A stretch of 63,658 nucleotides of DNA, counting the filler, from Aduncisulcus paluster (Eukaryota): NCBI GenBank assembly GCA_024181965.1. It is 13 parts of 13 records of this genome, joined end to end, with 100 filler letters (N's around TTAATTAATTAA, not from the genome) between each part and the next. Parts side by side here need not be neighbours in the genome. Positions count along the whole stretch, not along the records: positions 21,723 to 37,156 come from BQXS01011700.1; 12 more parts are not named here. The stretch is one strand, 5' to 3'. Numbering within the stretch: position 1 is the stretch's first letter; every line of letters begins with the position of its first letter. The position numbers and the translations under genes are program-made. The notes below the pieces were generated by a model that had not been told where the DNA came from, did no database searches, and saw nothing but the letters and a program-made list of their open reading frames with translations. Shown here one piece after another: positions 22,956 to 32,403 of the stretch.

Positions 22956-25900
22956 CTAAAAACTTCCGCTTTCCTTCAAAGAAACGATATTTTCAACAAT
23001 CTCTACAATAATTCGAACAAACTCTGTTCCTGTTCCGGCAATCAAAGTCTCCATCTCAGAATCCTCCAAATCAAATGATAATCTCTCAAAGACATTTCTT
23101 AGCAAGCTCCAATTCGTGAATCTTTCCCCTCCTTTACAAGAATTCACTTCATCGGGCCGAATAACTTGAGGAACAGCCTGAAACAGAATATGAGCAAGAA
23201 GACATCCATCTGATAGCAAAGAAACAATCGTATGAGGCGGCGTTGAGTCGTTAAGAAGAGAAAACATACTGTCATACGACTCTGTTGTTTGATGATGTTT
23301 CCTTTCGACAGATTTCGGCAAGACAGCCTCTTTGAGCAAGGAAATAGTGGCGCGTACACACGATCTACTCATCTCACTATCTGCAACACGGGACTCTGCA
23401 GCATTCAGAGCACATCGAATGATTTCACTGGGCGGGTAGGTAGAAGAGGAAGATGAAGAGGGAGAAGCATCCCTTTCATCTCTCACCCCATGATCCGAAC
23501 TCCTCTTCTTCTTACTACCATGCAGATCCTTCTTCTCTCTTCCTTCTCTTCCTTCTCTTCCTTCTCTTCCTTCTCTTCCTTCTCTTCCCAATTCATGTGT
23601 TCTTTCATGGAGAACAGAGTGTATCCTTGGCACAGGGAGTTTGTGAGAGGCAAATATGGGGGCTCCATCAGTAACAGCAGGTGGAGGAAGAGTGGAATCG
23701 AAGGATTCATCCNNNNNNNNNNNNNNNNNNNNCATGATCCGAACTCCTCTTCTTCTTACTACCATGCAGATCCTTCTTCTCTCTTCCTTCTCTTCCTTCT
23801 CTTCCTTCTCTTCCTTCTCTTCCTTCTCTTCCCAATTCATGTGTTCTTTCATGGAGAACAGAGTGTATCCTTGGCACAGGGAGTTTGTGAGAGGCAAATA
23901 TGGGGGCTCCATCAGTAACATCAGGTGGAGGAAGAGTGGAATCGAAGGATTCATCCTCACAACTGATCTGAAGTAAAGAATCACGACCAATGCCGCCAGC
24001 AAGAACTTCAGGATGATCCTCAACACGGTGGTGAGAAACATCTTCACCATAGTTACCGGTAATGCCGGTAAAACCACCGGTCTTCTGATATGGCATAAAA
24101 TCTGGTCTTTGTTCTCTACTGCCCCGTTTCCCTCTCCTTTCGTCTTCAGTAATTATGGATGGACTTGATGTGTATATTGATTCATCCTCGCTCGTAGTAA
24201 TTTGATGCTGTCTTGAGCTTGCAATATCACCAAGATCCTTATTGTTAGCCCTGATTGAGATTGGTGGCTGTGAATGCTCTTTTATAACCCCATATTGTTT
24301 TCTTCCTCTCTCAATCTCTCTATCTCTGTCTCTTTCACCAGAGTCATATTTATCTATTTTTGGGGCTTGGTATGATCTAAATTTAGTTGTTTGAGTATCT
24401 ATTGTATGCTGTTGATGCCTATTTGTAATATTTGAAATTCTTTGTCTTTGTTCTTCTCCATTTCCAACTAACCAGTCAAGTCTCTCAGGAGGTAAATGAG
24501 CTGTGACAACCCCTTTGGCTGCACTGTCGAGATGCTTTGAAGAAGGAGAATATGAAGGAAGAGGAAGAGGAGAGGATGAAACACTTGACGTTGAAGATAA
24601 ATGTTCATGTTCAGGTGGTGGTTGTTTTATGTATTTTTGCTGTTTAATCATACTTATTGGTGATTTATATAAAGGTTGAGGGTCAGGAATTTCTTCTTCT
24701 TTCTTTTTCTTTCCAATAGTTCGCAAATCCAAAACAGGTTTGGGATGAGGTCTGAAAGGTTGAGCCTTTGTTTCTTCACTATCAGGAAATGGTTTAGTAT
24801 ATTGTTTATAGTATTGAGGTTCTGCTTGTTGTCGTTCTTGTGGGTGACTTGGGTATGACGATATTCCAGAGGGAAAGGGTTTTTTGGATGTGATATTCTT
24901 CTTTTCTAGAAGAGCTCTTTGATATTGTTGATCCTGACGTTGCTTCTTATTCACTCTAGCCAAAATATCTTTTTGGGCGGATCGGCGTTGATGATCTGTA
25001 TGAATAGATTGGTTTTTGGTTGTTTGAATTGGAGATCTCACGGATGACCCGGAAGGTTGATGGATACGTTGAGTTGCTTTCTCTCTCTCGCTCTCTGACC
25101 TGGAACCTCTCTGCTCTCCTCTCCTTGCTGTTGTACGTGCACTGGAATATGAGAATAGTTGGCTTGGAGCCGAGGGTGGGTGCGGATACATAACTGCAGG
25201 GCTCTTGGAAGAAACGTAGTAAGATCGACTACTCTTGGACTCACGACTCGAGGTTCTTCTCACTTTGATCGGAGTATGCGATGGAGATTTATATTTATAG
25301 CTGGTATCGGGAGAAACACTGGAGCTTGAGGAGGTCTTCTTATGTTCTTGAACTCTTTTTTCTTGACGCCACAACTCTCTCCTTTCGGATTCTGTCATAT
25401 TTTTAACTCGTTGAGAATAAACATACCCACCAGTTGTTTGTTTTGGTGGTTTTGATGCCTTTTCAAGCTTTTCTTGTTCTTTATAAGTCCTGGCAGAGCC
25501 ATAGGAGGAGCGATAAGGATGATCGTATGAACCTCTTCTCCTCTCAGATATTTCGGAGATATTCCGCTTTTGGCCAGGTAATGGGGGCAGAGATGGCACA
25601 GATGTCGACTGTGATCGAATTGGAAGCTTTGGTTTGGGGAGCTTTGGAGGAACTAGTGGACGCGCAGGTGAATTGGACCGACTACGATATGAGGATCCTG
25701 TTGGAGATGATGTAGATGAAGAACGGGGAATGACAGGGGGAGCTCTGGGGTGAAATCGAGCCTTTTCCTCTTGGAGCATCTTTTGAATTTTTTCTTCTTC
25801 TTCTTTCTTTTTTCTATCCTCTTCTTCTTTCCGTTCTTTTTCTTCTTCTGCTATTTTATGTGAAATTAATTTGTTAGCTTCTAATTCTAAGTCAAGAAGA

Positions 25901-26034
25901 GCCAAACTTTCCATTAATCTCTTTTCCTCATCTTCACGCCGTTTTAATTCCATTTCAAAGGCGGAATCAACACTAGACGATCTTATCTTCCTCTTCTTCT
26001 TTCTTTTACGTTTTCTATGATGATTGTCTTCCAT
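22956..26034 (-). CDS. About 944-aa low-complexity protein with a C-terminal Spef1/CLAMP-type calponin-homology domain
   Basis: One frame after removing the 244-bp gap duplication. C-terminal LSDGCLLAHILFQAVPQVI...FTNWSLLRNVFERLSF resembles the Spef1 CH (FSDGVLVAEVI...LSNWGHL). Confidence 0.7.
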
Positions 26035-26538
26035 ACAAAAGTGGAATTTTTACAGTCCAGGGGAAATATTTCGAGTGATATGAAATTTGAAGGCTAGATT
26101 TTGGTATGCGTAATATGTAATAATGATTATATAAATTCAAATACGATTTTTTACATAAATTCGAGCACTAACGTCTTATTTCAAATATTAAAAGATATAC
26201 ACATTATTCAAGTTTATCAAAGGATGTCCCTTTTCTCCATGGTAAATATAGTAATTTCATAGCCTTCAAAATATCAAATTAGAATCATGTTCGGCCACAG
26301 TCATGATTATCTCTTTTTGAGCTCAAGACGATATTTGAGTGAATTTTTATACCTTCAATTTATTTTTTAGAATATATATAATTTGATCTTTGATTCAGTT
26401 TTCATTCTATATTGATGGATTTACACCATTTAAAATTATTATATCCTGTACGTGTTTGAAGTTAATTTATCTTATCATTACCATGATTTTTATTTTTAAT
26501 ATTCATTAAATTTCTTTAACTTTTCAATTGTGCTCAAG

Positions 26539-27006
26539 ATGAGGGAATTGCCAAGCTTTCCTGTATTTCATACTGAATACGTCCGAAGAATTGACTTGAA
26601 ACAAGATTTAGAACATAGCAAAACATCAACAATTAATCTATTGCCACATGAAATCCCATTGGTGTTACGGAATCCTGTTATTTCCTCTGGGAAAATGAAG
26701 ATAGACAAATCCATCTCAAAACCGAAAGAAGGTGAGACTGAGGATCCGGAAAAAATTAAGAAAACATCAGATCTTGATAAAACCGAAGATTCAAAGTTTT
26801 TGGAGCAGATATCAGAAAATAGAGCTGCTGATGAAAAAGAAAAAAAAGAGGATGAAGAGGACAGCGATATGGATGGATTTGATGAACTAAAAGATGATGA
26901 AGATGATGAAATGGGAGATTATGGAATGGCTTATCAAGATGTCGAGGATGGAGGTGATGATATTGATATGGGTGGAGCTGAAGATGATGAAGGTGGAACT
27001 CTCTGA
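26539..27006 (+). CDS. Putative RNA polymerase III subunit C31/RPC7-like acidic protein
   Basis: LLPHEI (cf. the xPxEL motif) and the acidic tail DEMGDYGMAYQDVEDGGDD...DEGGTL match the C31 DY-x3-Y-x-D pattern. An upstream exon may be missing. Confidence 0.5.
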   Translation: MRELPSFPVFHTEYVRRIDLKQDLEHSKTSTINLLPHEIPLVLRNPVISSGKMKIDKSISKPKEGETEDPEKIKKTSDLDKTEDSKFLEQISENRAADEKEKKEDEEDSDMDGFDELKDDEDDEMGDYGMAYQDVEDGGDDIDMGGAEDDEGGTL

Positions 27007-27313
27007 GCATAATTAGAAGGTAAATAAAAAGTTTATAGATACAGGATGGAAATAAGATGACTAATAAGGTATAGGGAATGTATAAACTTTATACTATAAA
27101 GCCTTTTAGAAGTAACAATGATGAGTATAAATTGTACAAGAGATCATCTCAGATTAGGTGGCATAAACATGGCAATAATTGTATATATAAACATATAAGA
27201 TTTATTACGAAGGAGAATTCATTAATTACATTACATGTTGGTATTAATTTCACGGTAATAATATTCGACACACAACAAAAAAAAGTAAAAATGCAGAACA
27301 CCATAATCAAAGA

Positions 27314-27769
27314 TTAATCAGCATATTCATGGAGAGAACATTCTATCATTCCAATGTGTTCAACCATTTCCTTTGCCTCTTTGGCATCAAATTCATAACC
27401 TTTAGTCTCTCCATACACTAATCCTTCACCCAATTTCGCTGCTTCCTTCTTGCTGTATTTTGGGATAACATGGAAGTGAATATGAGGAATAATCTGTCCA
27501 GATCCTTCTCCATTGTTTGAAACGATGTTGTAATCTTTGAATTTCAAATTCTTGGCAACTTTTCCAGCAATGGGGAGAATATGCTTCAAAACAGCATCAG
27601 GGGCTTCATGAACCTTTTCGTAATGAGCTTTGGGGATGACAAGGAAATGTCCTTTCGCAGCAGGATTGATATCGAAAATGACTATGCATCGTTCATCTTC
27701 AAAAAGCTTGATGGAAGGGATTTCTCCAGAAATAATCTTACAAAATACACAGTCTTTACAACGAGCCAT
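27314..27769 (-). CDS. HINT: HIT-family hydrolase (HINT-like)
   Basis: DCVFCKIISGEIPS, DINPAAKGHFLVIPKAH, NNGEGSGQ, histidine triad HIHFHVIP. Confidence 0.93.
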   Translation of the reverse strand: MARCKDCVFCKIISGEIPSIKLFEDERCIVIFDINPAAKGHFLVIPKAHYEKVHEAPDAVLKHILPIAGKVAKNLKFKDYNIVSNNGEGSGQIIPHIHFHVIPKYSKKEAAKLGEGLVYGETKGYEFDAKEAKEMVEHIGMIECSLHEYAD

Positions 27770-28073
27770 AATTTTCTTAAAAAGATTTGATTGAGATAAT
27801 CTGTATACGGAAGAACTGAGCTTTTTCAAATAACAAATTATCAAAACAATCCGCTCACAAAATCATGCTGCATACTAATCAAGCAAAAATTTACAAAAGG
27901 AAAATTTTTTTTTCAATAAAATGCTTTTCAAATTTTCAATATTCTTCCATTCAGTGTAGATTGGAGATTTTTTGAATGATGATCATGCAACTCGCTTTCT
28001 GGAATGTGCGTTGTTATTACTCATCGAATTAAACGCTGATTTTCGGCATTGCATTATTTAATAACCTGAATCT

Positions 28074-28865
28074 ATGAAGTGTTTTGTGTCAGATAATCAC
28101 GTTACTGCCATCAAAGAATCATTTTTTAGGGACCGTCTTGACTCCCGAGATGTTCATCCACGCGATTGGTTTCTACTTTTGACCCACGATGAACTCGATT
28201 TCATGGTTCGTGTCGTTGCTCATAAACTCAATTCCATGTTTTCAAAAGAAATAAGACCTGTATTGATTATTGGTCTATTGAAAGGAGTTTTTATGTTTAT
28301 GGGTGATATTACCAGACACCTTGCTTTTCCCTATGAGTTGAAGTTTGTATCTTTCTCTTCCTATGTTGATAACGAACATCTTGATGAGGCTGTGTATCAC
28401 TTTGATTTCGAGGCTAAGGATGTGAATGATCGGAAAATTATCCTTTTGGATGAGCTTTTTGACACAGGAATGACTTTGGAAACCATGCGTAAAGTTATTT
28501 TGTCAATGAAAGGGTGTACTTTAGCTCGAACTGACATTGTGACTTGTACTCTCTTCGCTAAAAATGAAGAATGCCGGAAATACCCTGAACCTGACGTTGT
28601 AGGACTTGACACTCTTCCAAATTGGTGGCTTGTTGGATATGGTCTTGATGACAGTGGTATAAGGCGTGGTTGGGGGCATTTATTTGCTCGTGGAGTTGGA
28701 TTTACCGTGGAAAAGCTTTTTAAGGGACTTCCGCCAAAAAGTAGGGAGGGAAGATCTCCTGAAGGGAAGTCTCGTGAGGATATTCTTGAAATGTGGAGAG
28801 GGGATCAAGCTGAAGCCTTCTCAGAGTTGAGGGAGGTGGCAGCATCATTAAGATTCTATCGATAA
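28074..28865 (+). CDS. HPRT: 6-oxopurine (hypoxanthine/guanine) phosphoribosyltransferase
   Basis: IGLLKGVFMFMGDITRHL, SSY loop, PRPP motif IILLDELFDTGMTL, WLVGYGLD. Confidence 0.88.
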   Translation: MKCFVSDNHVTAIKESFFRDRLDSRDVHPRDWFLLLTHDELDFMVRVVAHKLNSMFSKEIRPVLIIGLLKGVFMFMGDITRHLAFPYELKFVSFSSYVDNEHLDEAVYHFDFEAKDVNDRKIILLDELFDTGMTLETMRKVILSMKGCTLARTDIVTCTLFAKNEECRKYPEPDVVGLDTLPNWWLVGYGLDDSGIRRGWGHLFARGVGFTVEKLFKGLPPKSREGRSPEGKSREDILEMWRGDQAEAFSELREVAASLRFYR

Positions 28866-29062
28866 ATATAATTGATTATTTTTATCTTTCCAGTTTCTGT
28901 TACATTCAAAATGTTCTATCAATCACAATCTCGTCTTAATCCCCATTTTAATAAATATATTTTTTATTATTTCAAACCCATGATTAATTATTTTGGCACT
29001 AATATTTATTTTTTCGACTTTTTTTAATTTTTGGAAACAAATTTTACTTGTTTGACCCATTG

Positions 29063-30395
29063 ATGCAAGAGTTAGCAAGAAAAAACAAAGAAATTATTGA
29101 AGTGTTGGTAGAAGAAATTCAAGATCTCGCTCAAAAATATGATTACTGTGCTGAACAAGCAGATTTGATATTTCGAAAGAAATTAAAGATATCCTCCAAA
29201 TATAGAGGCAAAAAACAGCCATATCCTGATAGTTACATGCCATTGATTCCAAATTCTGAAGGTTATTCTACTCATCTTCCGCTTTCTCGACACAAATCAC
29301 TCCCCTCATCTCCTCTTCATGCTCTCCCTGGATTCAGGAGAGTTTCGGATCAGGGAAACATGGTACAACAATATTCGTCTCGGTATAAGCGAGATTTAGA
29401 TGGGGATGATGCATTTCCGAAGGCTCATAGGAGTGAGGATGGAGATGATCTCGATTCTCCAAGACATCATGGAATAGAGTCAGAGGATGCATATTTACCC
29501 GTAACTAGGGACAGAATGCTCCCTAAAGCGGCTCTTCCACCTCCTCCAAACTATGCAGCTCCAAATCCTCCAGAATGTATAGAGCGAAATAGACTATCTG
29601 ATGCGCCTGGTGATCCTGCTTCATTCCGTAAATTAACANNNNNNNNNNNNNNNNNNNNCGTCTCGGTATAAGCGAGATTTAGATGGGGATGATGCATTTC
29701 CGAAGGCTCATAGGAGTGAGGATGGAGATGATCTCGATTCTCCAAGACATCATGGAATAGAGTCAGAGGATGCATATTTACCCGTAACTAGGGACAGAAT
29801 TCTCCCTAAAGCGGCTCTTCCACCTCCTCCAAACTATGCAGCTCCAAATCCTCCAGAATGTATAGAGCGAAATAGACTATCTGATGCGCCTGGTGATCCT
29901 GCTTCATTCCGTAAATTAACAATGAATGAACCGCATAAAAGGTCACAGATACCAACATTTCCAAAGCATGTCATTCCCAATTCCTCTCATCAAGGTGGAT
30001 CAACAATCAGCACCCATAGTCAATCCAGTAAGAGGTCAAAACATTTCCGTGATGAAGCTATTATCGCTGAAAGTGGTGAAGGACAGCCCTTTACTCCCAT
30101 GCCAACAAGAGATTCGACCCAGGGTCCCACTCATATTGAATCGTACTCTTTGTCAACTTCTCCAATGAAATCTCCATTTGGCCATGGATCACCCCGACGA
30201 GTTCAATATGATGAAACTCAACGGAGAAAACCACTCCCATCGCCTAAATCGCATCAATCCGGAGACTTGAGCAAGAGGAGAATCAAGATGCGAGATCAAC
30301 TGGAACGGAAGAAGAGGTTAAGGGAGGACAGAATCATGAAACAGGGAAAAGAGTTTAGTCAGGGGTTATTTGGATCGCATACACCAGGGGGGTGA
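29063..30395 (+). CDS. Hypothetical low-complexity protein, 349 aa (join 29063-29638 and 29922-30395)
   Basis: In frame after removing the 283-bp gap duplication. Confidence 0.7.
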
Positions 30396-30816
30396 TAAAC
30401 AGAGATATTTTATGAATATTAATTCTTGTTATATCTATTTTTAGACGTATCTATTTTTAGACATATCTATGCGCCATTTGATTGGGGTTGGGGAGATAAA
30501 CCTCATCAGAATTTCCTTTAAGAAAGGGCATTGAGAGAGAGGGAATCTATCGAGAATTTAGATTGTATTTTGATCTCTAATAGATTATATTTGTAGTTTA
30601 TTCCGATTAATTATTAATTATTAATTGATAGATCTAACCCTCGATTTCTAAATTATTATACATACATTACAATTCTTGTGATGGTGTGAATTAATTGAAG
30701 GGTATATATAGAATCTATATTTCTGAAATCTCATTCAAATCCTTCACTCAACACAGAGTAATCATCTTTTGTGAATGAAATAATTCAGTGATAAATATAA
30801 ATATAACAATGAACAT

Positions 30817-32139
30817 TCACCACATTGGAGTCTCTTCATCGTCATATATGAATTGAATTCTGAGAGATATTGCCACACCATCTGCATTTCTGAGAACATA
30901 CGCCTGGTAGCCTCCATCGCCATATCCAGAAGAAGTAAAATAGCCACCGGGGACAATAACACCGTCATAATACATGGAATCGCCAAGAACAATGTCATAG
31001 CCGAGTCTTCCAATAGGTGCTTCAAACATTAGCATCCCAAGACCCTCTGGAGAAAGACCAGTGACATCGATCTGTGTGTTCTTAATGTTGTAAAAACTCT
31101 TCACAAAGAACCCAGCTCGACCAGAATCTACTCCGACGTGACATTTTAGAGGTCGCCAACCTGGGAATCCATTGATTTCTTCACCTTCCATCTGATCAAC
31201 AGGACAATATGGGCTCTTGGATTCTTCAAGGGGTTTTGGCAGTTCTTGATGGATGGATAATGCTTCTCTGCGAAACTTGGAATGTGTGACTTGACATCTG
31301 TTCACCCTACCTCGCGTTGAATAATCTCCAAGCCACTGTCCAGGCATAACATCCTTGACAGTCACTCCAAAATATGCCGTTTCATAACAGGGGTCCGATA
31401 GGAAGAGAGTATTGTGATCTTCGGACTCAGGAGTGTCTTCAGAGGGAAGGGGTCCAACAATAAACGATTCTTCATATGGAGACAAAAATTGCTCTTTGAC
31501 TCCAGCTTTCCAGTTGAACGTAAGGGTTTGAATTTCCTCAGGAAGAGGAGACTCGGAGTTTAGGGCAATGGATTCAGCACGAACACAAGGAATTCCAAGC
31601 CAATTGCATCGGTCAGTGAGATGATCATGAGGGATATTAAAAGAAGAATATTTGCTGATAGAGCCGAATGTGAATAATCCAGATTCCAAATCGTGCCCTG
31701 AAAAGAATAATTTTCTCACAAAATCCCCATTATTGCAGTCTACCGATATAACAGGAGCACCAACATATGTAGACAATTCAGAAAGGCAAAGCTCTCGAAA
31801 ATCGGGTGCTCTAAATTGTTCTGGGACGTGAAGAAAGCCTTTTGGGGGCATTTCTTCCCTTCCAAACCTCCTTTTCCTTTGGGGTTGTATCTCTTTTTCT
31901 TTTTCTATTTCTTTTTTTTCTTGTGAATAAATTTCTTTATCTTCTTCTTTAAAAACTATTCCAATGCTTATCAAGTAATGTTTTGGATGTAACCTCAAAG
32001 CGAACGGTAGATGATCAGCATCAAATAATGGGGAAAGGGGGAACCTTTTTCTAGCGCGAAGATTCTCAATTACAGATGGATTTGATAATGAAGGTTCAGC
32101 TTTGTACCCCCATTCTTGATCAGGAATCCATAGTGACAT
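30817..32139 (-). CDS. Protein with a C-terminal DUF4241-like domain
   Basis: LSDPCY...VMPGQW...VGVDSGRAGFF...FTSSGYGDGGYQAYVLRNADGVAISLRIQF. Confidence 0.65.
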   Translation of the reverse strand: MSLWIPDQEWGYKAEPSLSNPSVIENLRARKRFPLSPLFDADHLPFALRLHPKHYLISIGIVFKEEDKEIYSQEKKEIEKEKEIQPQRKRRFGREEMPPKGFLHVPEQFRAPDFRELCLSELSTYVGAPVISVDCNNGDFVRKLFFSGHDLESGLFTFGSISKYSSFNIPHDHLTDRCNWLGIPCVRAESIALNSESPLPEEIQTLTFNWKAGVKEQFLSPYEESFIVGPLPSEDTPESEDHNTLFLSDPCYETAYFGVTVKDVMPGQWLGDYSTRGRVNRCQVTHSKFRREALSIHQELPKPLEESKSPYCPVDQMEGEEINGFPGWRPLKCHVGVDSGRAGFFVKSFYNIKNTQIDVTGLSPEGLGMLMFEAPIGRLGYDIVLGDSMYYDGVIVPGGYFTSSGYGDGGYQAYVLRNADGVAISLRIQFIYDDEETPMW

Positions 32140-32403
32140 CAAAAACGTATTTGTGTGTGTGTGTGAGAACCCCTCCGAGTCAAAAAACGTATTTGCAATA
32201 ATTTGTTCGGAATAACAATAATATAATGATATAGAGAAAAAAAATCGAAAATATAAAAAGGCAAAATATAATTTTTATTTCTTTGATGACATACAACTTG
32301 TATTCTTGAAGAAAGCCAAAAGTAAAACCAATCTACGAAAGATACACAAACAAATCAAAACAAATATTAATATTTCTCGTTCTGTGTATCACGAATAAGA
32401 AAA

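Noticed and set aside
30431..30470. 16-bp period repeat (RTATCTATTTTTAGAC x2.5)
   Set aside because: Ordinary short slippage duplication in a 3' flank.
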